Assembly (NCBI RefSeq): GCF_020524165.1
Contig: NZ_JAIVKU010000003.1
Span: 48,135 to 80,134 of the forward strand
Length of the DNA stretch: 32,000 nt
Reading direction: 5' to 3'
DNA from: Guptibacillus hwajinpoensis
Lineage (GTDB): Bacteria > Bacillota > Bacilli > Bacillales > Guptibacillaceae
Below, one piece after another: positions 8,790-16,413 of this stretch (positions are counted from its first letter, which is position 1; each line of letters begins with the position of its first letter). A program made the translations under genes and the position numbers. The notes under the pieces are model-generated. The model had not been told where the DNA came from, did not search any database, and saw only the letters and a program-made list of their open reading frames with translations.

Positions 8790-9941
8790 TTGGATTTTCA
8801 AAAGCTTGATCCAAATTCATTAGATGTCATTCTCGACAGAACAATGGAGAGTATTAATAGTAGTAAATCGAAATTGTTCGAAATTGGAGAGCTTTCTCAT
8901 GACGAGTGTCAAAAGGTCAATAATCACCTTCAATTATTAAAAGAAGAACTCAACAACGTTCATCGTCTCCGGCAGGAAAGATTGCAAATGGATCGTGTAG
9001 CCCGTGCCGAACTTGTAAAGATTAGTAAAAACTTTCAGGACTATAAAGAACCAGAAATTCGTAATGCCTATGAGAAGGCGTCAGACGCTCAAATTAAGCT
9101 TTCTGTTAGCATGGAAAAGGAAACACGGTTAAAAGATCAGATTTCGGATCTTGAACAACGGATTTCTTCTCTACAAAACACTTCGGATAAAGCGGAATCA
9201 TTTATGAGCCAAATTTCAACCGTTCTTAGTTATCTTAATGGTGAATTAAGGCAGTACGGTGAAGTCATTGAGGACGCTAGGCGAAAGCAAGAATATGGAC
9301 TTAAAATTATTGAAGCGCAAGAGGAAGAAAGAAAGCGACTATCTAGAGAAATTCATGATGGGCCTGCCCAGGTACTCGCCAATGTTTTATTACGATCACA
9401 GTTAATTGAAAGAATCTACGAGAAAAAAGGAAAAGATGAAGCATTTAAAGAGATTAAGGATATGAGATCTTTAATTGAAGATGCCTTAAAAGAGGTAAGG
9501 CGTCTCATATATGATCTTCGTCCGATGGCGCTTGATGATCTTGGTTTAGTGCCTACATTGTTAAAGTATTTAAATAAAGTGGATGATCGATCAGAGGCAA
9601 CGATTTTCTTTGATTATTATGAAGGGATTCAGAGGCTTCACGTTCGTCTTGAGGCAGCCATCTTTCGACTTGTTCAAGAAGCCGTACAAAATGCCCTCAA
9701 GCATGCTGAAGCAACCGAAATAAGTGTTGACCTGAAACTTGATGGTGATAAGATTGTGGTAACCATTCAAGATAATGGAATCGGTTTTGATGTGAACGTA
9801 CGTAAAGACCAATCATTTGGTTTAATTGGAATGAAAGAACGTGTCGGATTATTAAATGGGTCGATTCAGGTTCAATCAAAGCCCAACAAGGGTACATATA
9901 TACTGATAAGAATCCCGATACATGAACAGGAGGGCGTGTAA
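8790..9941 (+). CDS. degS: Two-component sensor histidine kinase DegS
   Basis: Near-collinear with B. subtilis DegS as I remember it: IRNAYEKA, IIEAQEEERKRLSREIHDGPAQ (H-box), YDLRPMALDDLGLVPTL, and an ATPase domain. TTG start with a GGAGGGG RBS. Confidence 0.95.
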   Translation: MDFQKLDPNSLDVILDRTMESINSSKSKLFEIGELSHDECQKVNNHLQLLKEELNNVHRLRQERLQMDRVARAELVKISKNFQDYKEPEIRNAYEKASDAQIKLSVSMEKETRLKDQISDLEQRISSLQNTSDKAESFMSQISTVLSYLNGELRQYGEVIEDARRKQEYGLKIIEAQEEERKRLSREIHDGPAQVLANVLLRSQLIERIYEKKGKDEAFKEIKDMRSLIEDALKEVRRLIYDLRPMALDDLGLVPTLLKYLNKVDDRSEATIFFDYYEGIQRLHVRLEAAIFRLVQEAVQNALKHAEATEISVDLKLDGDKIVVTIQDNGIGFDVNVRKDQSFGLIGMKERVGLLNGSIQVQSKPNKGTYILIRIPIHEQEGV

Positions 9942-9944
9942 GAG

Positions 9945-10649
9945 ATGTATGCAGCAAAGACCAAAACTAAAATTATTATTATAGATGACCATCGCTTGTT
10001 CCGCGAAGGTGTTAAGCGTATTTTGGATATGGAAGATGACTTTGAAGTCATTGCAGAAGGTGATGACGGAGACGAGGCACTTCGTCTTGTTGAAGAAAAC
10101 AAGCCCGATGTTGTTTTAATGGATATTAATATGCCGCATGTAAATGGTGTGGAAGCGACAAGACAATTGATTGAACAAGTTCCTGAAACAAAGGTGATCA
10201 TTCTTTCCATTCATGATGACGAAACGTACGTGACGCATGCTGTAAAGACCGGAGCAGCTGGTTATTTATTGAAAGAAATGGATGCCAACTCTCTTGTTGA
10301 AGCCGTTAAGGTTGTTGCGTCTGGAGGAGCGTACATTCATCCGAAGGTAACGCATAATTTAGTGAATGAATATCGTCGCCTTGCGACAGAAGGCAAAAGA
10401 CCATCTACTCAAATTGGGTATAAAGAAGTGGAGTATCGAAAACCGCTTCATATCCTAACACGACGCGAATGTGAAGTGCTCCAACTCCTCACAGATGGAA
10501 AAAGCAATCGCTCGATCGGGGAAGATCTTTATATTAGTGAGAAAACAGTAAAAAACCACGTGTCGAATATTTTGCAAAAAATGAACGTAAATGACCGAAC
10601 ACAAGCCGTTGTGGAAGCAATTAAAAAAGGCTGGGTAAAGGTGCGCTGA
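9945..10649 (+). CDS. degU: Response regulator DegU (NarL/FixJ family)
   Basis: [17 protein letters not shown]...AEGDDGDEA...[16 protein letters not shown]...[29 protein letters not shown]. LuxR-type HTH: [52 protein letters not shown]. Confidence 0.97.
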   Translation: MYAAKTKTKIIIIDDHRLFREGVKRILDMEDDFEVIAEGDDGDEALRLVEENKPDVVLMDINMPHVNGVEATRQLIEQVPETKVIILSIHDDETYVTHAVKTGAAGYLLKEMDANSLVEAVKVVASGGAYIHPKVTHNLVNEYRRLATEGKRPSTQIGYKEVEYRKPLHILTRRECEVLQLLTDGKSNRSIGEDLYISEKTVKNHVSNILQKMNVNDRTQAVVEAIKKGWVKVR

Positions 10650-10664
10650 GGCGCGCCTTTTTTC
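10638..10664 (+). terminator. Intrinsic terminator of degU
   Basis: aaggtgcgc / gcgcgcctt stem (one G-U), loop tgag, then a T6 tract. Overlaps the degU stop. Confidence 0.65.
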
Positions 10665-10706
10665 TTTGGGGGGAGTTTTCCGTTGCTGGAAGGGAAATAG
10701 TAAATC

Positions 10707-10738
10707 AAAAAAGGATCTCCAAGTTGGAGATCCTTTTT
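10707..10738. terminator. Bidirectional terminator serving the minus-strand NlpC/P60 gene
   Basis: ggatctcca (10713-10721) pairs with tggagatcc (10725-10733). A6 tract upstream, T5 tract downstream. Confidence 0.8.
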
Positions 10739-10746
10739 CTTGATCA

Positions 10747-11673
10747 TTATGCGCGTTTTGCTCCAAGGTAACGTGGTGCCCAGTAAGAGTTATCCATGTC
10801 ACTAATTGTTACTCCGTAAGAAGAAGAAGAGTGAATGAACTGACCGTTACCGATGTAAATACCTGCGTGAGATGGGCCAGATTTGTAAGTTTCAAAGAAA
10901 ACAAGATCTCCAACAGAAGGAGATGAAACTTTATCTGTTGCGTCCCAGATGCTAGCTACAGTACGTGGGATTGAAATGCCAGCTTTATTATACACGTATT
11001 GTAAAAAGCCACTGCAGTCGAATCCTGATGGAGACGTTCCTGCCCAAACATATGGTACACCCATGTATTGCTTCGCGATTGATACAACAGAAGAGTTAGA
11101 TGTTGATGCACTCTTTACTTGTGAAGACGAAGATGATGTAACAGAAGAACCATTAAGAGCTGCAAATGTATTTGAGCCAGCAATTCCATCTACGCTAAGA
11201 CCATTAGCACTTTGGAAATTGCGAACAGCTTGTTGTGTAATGGATCCGTAGATACCATCTACTGAATAGTTGTAGTAGCCTTTTGATTTAAGTTGGCTTT
11301 GTAGGCTTGTTACACTTGATCCGCGGTCACCATAACGAAGTGTTCCGCTATATGTATTAGAAGAACTACTTGATTTAGAAGCTGTTGCTCCTTTTAATGC
11401 GCTTACTGTTTGTGGTCCAACAACGCCATCAACGCTAATTCCTGCGCTACGTTGGAAGTCACGAACGCCATCTTCAGTAATGTTTCCGAAATATCCAGTT
11501 GCTGTATGGTAGTCAAAATAACCTTTATCGTCAAGTACGTTTTGTAGTTCAGTTACGTCAGAGTTGCTCATGCCATTGTATAGGGTACGGTCGCCTAATG
11601 CTGCTTCACTTACATTTGGTGCTAGTAAAAGAGTACCTGCGAGTGTAGTAGTGATCACGACTTTCTTAAACAT
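10747..11673 (-). CDS. Secreted NlpC/P60 D,L-endopeptidase with two PG_binding_1-type repeats
   Basis: Signal peptide MFKKVVITTTLAGTLLLAPNVSEA. Two repeats of the type GxxVxxLQxxLxxKGYxxxxxDGxxGxxTxxAVRxFQxxxGLxVDGIxGxxT, separated by Ser-rich linkers. C-terminal catalytic domain GFDCSGFLQYVY...HAGIYIGNGQFIHSS. Confidence 0.88.
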   Translation of the reverse strand: MFKKVVITTTLAGTLLLAPNVSEAALGDRTLYNGMSNSDVTELQNVLDDKGYFDYHTATGYFGNITEDGVRDFQRSAGISVDGVVGPQTVSALKGATASKSSSSSNTYSGTLRYGDRGSSVTSLQSQLKSKGYYNYSVDGIYGSITQQAVRNFQSANGLSVDGIAGSNTFAALNGSSVTSSSSSQVKSASTSNSSVVSIAKQYMGVPYVWAGTSPSGFDCSGFLQYVYNKAGISIPRTVASIWDATDKVSSPSVGDLVFFETYKSGPSHAGIYIGNGQFIHSSSSYGVTISDMDNSYWAPRYLGAKRA

Positions 11674-11769
11674 AATGTAATTCCCCCTGATTTATAAGTT
11701 TAAACCTTTTATTTTCTCTATCACGATTGCTAGTTTACATGATTGAGATAACAGGATGATGAACATAAC

Positions 11770-11786
11770 ATTACAATCATGTAACA
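11770..11786 (-). promoter_or_regulatory. Candidate WalR (YycF) binding site
   Basis: The minus strand reads TGTTAC-ATGAT-TGTAAT. This is an exact fit to the TGTWAH-N5-TGTWAH direct repeat. It lies 97-113 nt upstream of the NlpC/P60 start codon. Confidence 0.55.
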
Positions 11787-11855
11787 GAATACCTGTCTAA
11801 TTTACTAAAACATTCATTTTACGACATTTTCATTAAAAAATATGGGGGATAATGG

Positions 11856-11884
11856 TTGACAAATTATGTGAAAAATACTATAAG
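11856..11884 (+). promoter_or_regulatory. Sigma-A promoter P1 for degV
   Basis: TTGACA (11856-11861), 17-nt spacer, TATAAG (11879-11884). Confidence 0.6.
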
Positions 11885-11890
11885 CTTTTA

Positions 11891-11919
11891 TTGGCACAAT
11901 GGGAAAAATACTCTATCAT
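11891..11919 (+). promoter_or_regulatory. Sigma-A-like promoter P2 for degV
   Basis: TTGGCA (11891-11896), 17-nt spacer, TATCAT (11914-11919). Confidence 0.45.
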
Positions 11920-11975
11920 AAACATGTGAGGGTAACTTGAATGATGTACTTAATAGATTGAAAAGAGGCGTTTAG

Positions 11976-12824
11976 ATGAAAACAGTTGCTATTGTAACAG
12001 ATAGTACCGCGTATATACCAAAATCAATGTTAAACGAGTATGAAGTAACAATGATTCCACTTAGCGTGATCTTTGGTAACGAATCTTATTTAGAAGAAAA
12101 AGAAATCCAGGCTGACGATTTTTTTGAAAAAGTGAAAAAGGAAGATGTTTTACCAAAAACATCTCAGCCCTCCATCGGAAGTTTTGTTGAAACGTATGAA
12201 AAATTAGCCCGTACGCACGATGAAATCATTACGATTACATTATCCAGTGGAATTAGCGGAACTTATCAGTCTGCCTATTCTGCAGGTGATATGATTGAAG
12301 GCGCAGATGTTTTTGTTTTTGATTCTGAGATCAGCTGTATGATGCAAGGTTTTTACGTGTTGGAAGCGGCGCGCATGGCACAGGACGGCTTTAGAAGCAA
12401 AGAAATCTTAGATCGACTTCAAAAGATTAAGAACCAGGGGACGAACGCTTATTTTCTTGTAGACGATCTTAGTCATTTGCATCGTGGTGGACGGTTAAAT
12501 GCGGCACAGCTTGTGGTAGGAAACCTTCTCCAAATAAAGCCCGTACTGACTTTTGAAGACAAACGTATCGTACCTTATGAAAAAATTAGAACGCGAAAAA
12601 AAGCGCTCAACAAAATCATGACGCTTTTTGATGATGCCGCAAGCGGTGGCGATATTATAAAAGCAACGCTTATTTATTCAACAAACAAGGAAGAAGCAGT
12701 AAATCTTAAAGCAGAGCTAGAAGAAAAATATGCGAATGTCAGCATCATATTGAGTTACTTCGGTCCTGTCATTGCAACTCACCTTGGAGAAGGTGCGCTT
12801 GGTCTTGGCTGGTACCGTGTATGA
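11976..12824 (+). CDS. degV: DegV family fatty-acid-binding protein
   Basis: MKTVAIVTDSTAYIPK...TSQPSIGSF...ITLSSGISGTYQSA...HLHRGGRL. Lies between degU and comFA, as yviA/degV does in B. subtilis. Confidence 0.9.
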   Translation: MKTVAIVTDSTAYIPKSMLNEYEVTMIPLSVIFGNESYLEEKEIQADDFFEKVKKEDVLPKTSQPSIGSFVETYEKLARTHDEIITITLSSGISGTYQSAYSAGDMIEGADVFVFDSEISCMMQGFYVLEAARMAQDGFRSKEILDRLQKIKNQGTNAYFLVDDLSHLHRGGRLNAAQLVVGNLLQIKPVLTFEDKRIVPYEKIRTRKKALNKIMTLFDDAASGGDIIKATLIYSTNKEEAVNLKAELEEKYANVSIILSYFGPVIATHLGEGALGLGWYRV

Positions 12825-12852
12825 TACTAAAAATGAAAAAGGAAGCAAATCA

Positions 12853-14340
12853 ATGAGATTTGCTTCCGATATGTTAAATCATCATCCGATGATCGTACCT
12901 GAAACACTTTATTGGTCCTCTCCCCTCCCACAGTTTTATCCGATTGGTCACTTCTCTTCTATACCTCCCTTACCAATAAATAAGCAATTCAAACCGAATC
13001 GCTCACTGATTGATTTTCTATCAGGGCGACATTTATTACGAGATGAACTTCCTTTTCCCCTATATGAGCTTCATACCCACTATGTAAATGGTTATCTTCA
13101 GATAGAGCCAGGTATTCAAACAATTAACGGAAAAGTAACGTGTATGAGATGTGGAAGCCATCGGTCATTACCCACCTTTTCTTGTGCTCGTTGCCAAAGT
13201 CCGAACTGTCAATATTGTCGCAATTGTATCATCATGGGGAAGGTTACCTTTTGTTCACCGCTATACTCTTCAAACTACAAGCAAAAAAGAGAGGAAACCA
13301 TTACGTTACAATGGCACGGTAAGCTTTCGGAAGGTCAAAAAGAAGCCTCAAATGCTGTGATCAGGGCTATTCAAACAAATCAGTCAGTACTGATTTGGGC
13401 AGTTTGTGGCAGTGGGAAAACGGAAGTGCTTTTTCATGGCTTAGCGCATGCCCTCTCTGAACATAAATCTGTGTGCATTGCTACTCCACGAACCGACGTT
13501 GTTCTAGAGTTAGTGCCACGCTTAGAAAACGTTTTCCCCGGTCTTACGATTTCACCACTTTATGGAGGACATTCTGTACCTTCTTCTTCTTTTGTTATTT
13601 CAACTACTCACCAGCTCATTCGTTATAAGGAATATTTTGACGTCATGGTGATTGATGAGGTGGATGCTTTTCCATACAATATCGACTCTTCTCTCCAACA
13701 CCATGTGGAAAAAGCACGTAAACGAAGCAGCTCACTCATCTATTTAACAGCAACACCCTCTGAAGTATTTCTAAAACAAGAAAACCTTAAAGTGGTGCGC
13801 ATTCCTTCTAGGTATCACGGTTCTCCTTTACCAGTTCCTACTTTTAAATGGGTGGGAAACTGGAGAAAGAAAATTGACAGAGGAAAGCTCCCGCAAATTT
13901 TGATAGATTGGATAACAAGACAACTAGGTGCCGAGAAACCAATCTTGTTCTTTCTTCCATCTATTAAAATGACTGAAAAAGTAAAAAGCGTATTTGACTC
14001 TCACCAGCTTTCTTGTGAATTCGTTCATTCAGAAGATGAGGATCGTGCTGAAAAGGTCCTTCAGTTTCGAAGAAAAGAAATACCGATCTTACTTTCTTCT
14101 ACTATACTTGAACGAGGCATTACAATTGAAAATGTCGCAGTTGCAGTATTGGGAGCGGAGGATGACGTTTTCACAGAAAGTGCGCTTGTGCAAATTGCAG
14201 GCAGAGCAGGAAGAAGTGCTTCTTTTCCTGAAGGGGACGTATCATTATTTCATTACGGGAAAACAAATGCCATGATAGCGGCAGGTCGGCACATTCGAAA
14301 AATGAATCAGGAAGCGAAGGCGAAAGGATGGCTGAAATAG
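12853..14340 (+). CDS. comFA: Competence helicase/translocase ComFA (DEAD-box, Zn-finger)
   Basis: Cys cluster CMRCGS...CARCQSPNCQYCRNC. Walker A WAVCGSGKTE. DEAD-like VIDEVDAF. TTILERGIT and QIAGRAGR. ATG 12853 was chosen for the GGAAG RBS. 12871 and 12889 remain possible starts. Confidence 0.88.
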   Translation: MRFASDMLNHHPMIVPETLYWSSPLPQFYPIGHFSSIPPLPINKQFKPNRSLIDFLSGRHLLRDELPFPLYELHTHYVNGYLQIEPGIQTINGKVTCMRCGSHRSLPTFSCARCQSPNCQYCRNCIIMGKVTFCSPLYSSNYKQKREETITLQWHGKLSEGQKEASNAVIRAIQTNQSVLIWAVCGSGKTEVLFHGLAHALSEHKSVCIATPRTDVVLELVPRLENVFPGLTISPLYGGHSVPSSSFVISTTHQLIRYKEYFDVMVIDEVDAFPYNIDSSLQHHVEKARKRSSSLIYLTATPSEVFLKQENLKVVRIPSRYHGSPLPVPTFKWVGNWRKKIDRGKLPQILIDWITRQLGAEKPILFFLPSIKMTEKVKSVFDSHQLSCEFVHSEDEDRAEKVLQFRRKEIPILLSSTILERGITIENVAVAVLGAEDDVFTESALVQIAGRAGRSASFPEGDVSLFHYGKTNAMIAAGRHIRKMNQEAKAKGWLK

Positions 14341-15050
14341 CGCTATGTTTATGGTGTGGAGAAGATCTGAGTCTTCAGGTTTCATGGCAGCTTTTGTTTG
14401 GAATGAAAACCACTCATCCTTGTTGTGAAACGTGTCAAAAGCAACTCCTTCCCATATTAGGAGATGTTTGTCTAAAATGTGGGCGCTCCCTCCAACAAAT
14501 TGATGAGAGATTTGTGCATGGGAAACATTGTAACGATTGTGTGAGATGGGAAGAAAGAGGGTGGAAGGATGTCCTTATACAAAATAAATCCTTGTACGTT
14601 TACAATGATTTTTTGAAAAAGATTCTTGCTCTCTATAAATATAGAGGTGATGTTGAAGTAGGAAGGGTGTTCTCAAATTTCATTCATAAGGAGATAATAA
14701 GGTCTTACTCATTTATAGATCAGGTCATTCCTATGCCGGCAAGTCAGGAAAGAATGTATGAAAGAGGATTTAATCAGTGTGAGGTTTGGATTGAGGACAC
14801 GAAATATGCGGAAGTTCCTCCATTAAAGAGAATGAGAAATGAAGATAAGCAGAGTAAACGGTCGAGAGAGAGAAGAATAAATCGGAAAGAAGAGATGTTT
14901 CAACTCGTAGATGAGGCAAATGTAGCCGGGAAAAAGCTTCTTTTGCTGGATGATATTTATACGACGGGCACCACGATCCATCATGCTGCTCTCACCCTTA
15001 AACAGGGAGGAGCTTCAGAGGTCTACTCCCTTACATTATGTAGGGGATAA
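14328..15050 (+). CDS. comFC: ComFC, phosphoribosyltransferase-fold competence protein
   Basis: N-terminal Cys pairs CLWCGE...CCETC...CLKCG...CNDC. PRT motif LLLLDDIYTTGTTI. Overlaps the comFA 3' end by 13 nt. Confidence 0.88.
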   Translation: MAEIALCLWCGEDLSLQVSWQLLFGMKTTHPCCETCQKQLLPILGDVCLKCGRSLQQIDERFVHGKHCNDCVRWEERGWKDVLIQNKSLYVYNDFLKKILALYKYRGDVEVGRVFSNFIHKEIIRSYSFIDQVIPMPASQERMYERGFNQCEVWIEDTKYAEVPPLKRMRNEDKQSKRSRERRINRKEEMFQLVDEANVAGKKLLLLDDIYTTGTTIHHAALTLKQGGASEVYSLTLCRG

Positions 15051-15113
15051 GCGCGTGTCGAAAAATTTATAAGAAAACGCCTTCATTCGAGTGGAATCAA
15101 CAAAAAACCCCCT

Positions 15114-15142
15114 TTGACAGGGGTTGGAGGCACACGTATAGT
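15114..15142 (+). promoter_or_regulatory. Sigma-A promoter of the cold-shock gene
   Basis: TTGACA (15114-15119), 17-nt spacer, TATAGT (15137-15142). Confidence 0.7.
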
Positions 15143-15190
15143 TAATGTATGGCACTGCCATGAAGATTTTTGAAGGGAATGTTGAACAAG

Positions 15191-15391
15191 ATGCAGGGAA
15201 AAGTAAAATGGTTTAACAATGAAAAAGGTTTTGGCTTTATCGAAAGAGAAGATGGCGACGATGTATTTGTACACTTCTCAGCAATCAATGGTGAAGGATT
15301 CAAGTCTCTAGAAGAAGGTCAAACAGTTGAATTCGAGATTGTTGAAGGTGCTCGTGGGCCACAGGCTGCTAACGTAGAAAAAGTATCTTAA
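15191..15391 (+). CDS. Cold-shock protein (CspA family, 66 aa)
   Basis: [32 protein letters not shown] contains the RNP1 and RNP2 motifs. The start was set by comparison with the usual Csp N-terminus; the track ORF starts at 15170. Confidence 0.92.
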   Translation: MQGKVKWFNNEKGFGFIEREDGDDVFVHFSAINGEGFKSLEEGQTVEFEIVEGARGPQAANVEKVS

Positions 15392-15407
15392 ATTAAAACA
15401 AATGTTT

Positions 15408-15440
15408 AAAGTCGCTATCGGATCCGGTAGCGACTTTTTT
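15408..15440 (+). terminator. Intrinsic terminator of csp
   Basis: gtcgcta (15411-15417) pairs with tagcgac (15428-15434), followed by a T6 tract. Confidence 0.8.
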
Positions 15441-15564
15441 ATTTTTCTCTTCTACTGAAGTGTAATGGCAGAGTAAGAAGGGATTAGTGAGAATCATTGT
15501 AAAAAAATGTCGGATTTTAAGATGTTTTGTGAAAAAAACGTAAAAATAAATGTGTTTTTTTAAA

Positions 15565-15591
15565 GTTTATAGAGGGGAATGAGAGGGGTAT
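15565..15591 (+). promoter_or_regulatory. Sigma-B-type promoter upstream of hpf
   Basis: GTTTAT (15565-15570), 15-nt spacer, GGGTAT (15586-15591). Consensus is GTTTAA-N12-15-GGGTAT. Confidence 0.55.
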
Positions 15592-15631
15592 AACGAATAC
15601 TATAGTTATAGCATGGAAGGAGGAGTGCCAC

Positions 15632-16198
15632 ATGATGAATTTCAACATCCGTGGTGAAAACATTAAAGTTACACCTGCAATGAGAGAATATACTGAGAAG
15701 AAGGTAAGTAAACTTGAAAGGTATTTCGATACTCCACCTAATTCTGATGTTCATGTCAATATGAAGGTCTATAATGACCAACAAATGATCGAAGTTACAA
15801 TCCCAATGCCAAACCTTCTACTTCGAGCAGAAGAAGAGCATCAAGATATGTACGCAGCCATTGATTTGGTTGTTGAGAAACTTGAGCGTCAAATTCGCAA
15901 GCATAAAACAAAAGTAAATCGCAAATTCCGCCAGGAAGGTAGCGTAAAATATATGTTCCGCGATGAACTTAATCCAACAACGACTAGTGTCGCTGAAGCT
16001 GATATGGATGAAGATGACGATCTGCAAGTCGTGAAAACAAAGCGTTTTACGTTCAAACCAATGGACGTTGAGGAAGCCATTCTTCAAATGGACATGCTGG
16101 GACATAGCTTCTTCGTTTTCTCAAATGCGGTGACAGGAAGTACTGGCGTTGTTTACCGCCGTAAAGATGGAAAATACGGCCTGATTGAACAAGACTAA
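15632..16198 (+). CDS. hpf: Ribosome hibernation promoting factor, long form
   Basis: MMNFNIRGENIKVTPAMREYTEKKVSKLERYF is a sigma-54 modulation/S30AE-type N-domain. The C-terminal dimerisation domain is KRFTFKPMDVEEAILQMDMLGHSFFVFSN. GAAGGAGGA RBS. Confidence 0.93.
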   Translation: MMNFNIRGENIKVTPAMREYTEKKVSKLERYFDTPPNSDVHVNMKVYNDQQMIEVTIPMPNLLLRAEEEHQDMYAAIDLVVEKLERQIRKHKTKVNRKFRQEGSVKYMFRDELNPTTTSVAEADMDEDDDLQVVKTKRFTFKPMDVEEAILQMDMLGHSFFVFSNAVTGSTGVVYRRKDGKYGLIEQD

Positions 16199-16213
16199 CG
16201 AATAAAATAAATC

Positions 16214-16240
16214 AGGGCAGGGGAGTAACCCCTGCCCTTT
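16214..16240 (+). terminator. Intrinsic terminator of hpf
   Basis: agggcagggg (16214-16223) pairs with cccctgccct (16229-16238). The T-tract is short. Confidence 0.7.
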
Positions 16241-16310
16241 CCCTATGTATAAAGAACTTTCCATTCCTTCATTAATATAGTCTTTCGGGCAGCGGGCTTT
16301 TTTTACTTTC

Positions 16311-16339
16311 TTGTGCCTCTAGCAACTAATTGTTAAAAT
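16311..16339 (+). promoter_or_regulatory. Candidate sigma-A promoter of secA (extended -10)
   Basis: TTGTGC (16311-16316), 17-nt spacer ending in TGT, TAAAAT (16334-16339). Confidence 0.45.
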
Positions 16340-16413
16340 AGCTACATAGTATAAAAAATTCTAAGTTTAGTTATACATTAGCACTCTACTGACAACAAAA
16401 GAGGAGCGTTTCT

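Noticed and set aside
9591-10802. Several minus-strand ORFs (9591..9812, 9697..9957, 9872..10210, 10455..10802, 10529..10747) overlapping degS and degU
   Set aside because: They are entirely antisense to genes with unambiguous homology. They have no RBS, and their composition is low-complexity or odd. These are typical shadow ORFs. The same reasoning applies to 2507..2737, 2834..3046, 4125..4349, 6653..6856, 7133..7471, 10949..11251, 13140..13360, 13994..14275, 15818..16105, 16463..16660, 17933..18193, 18307..19032, 24236..24555, 25335..25529, 27141..27362, 28388..28591, 29065..29277, 29314..29562, 30473..30709, 30984..31196, 31290..31475 and 31605..31820.
11674-11769. Attempt to define the sigma-A promoter of the NlpC/P60 gene downstream of the WalR box, and a second box TGTTAT-N8-TGTAAA
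   Set aside because: No -35/-10 pair with acceptable spacing was found by eye. The second hexamer pair has an 8-nt rather than a 5-nt spacer, so I do not call it a WalR site.
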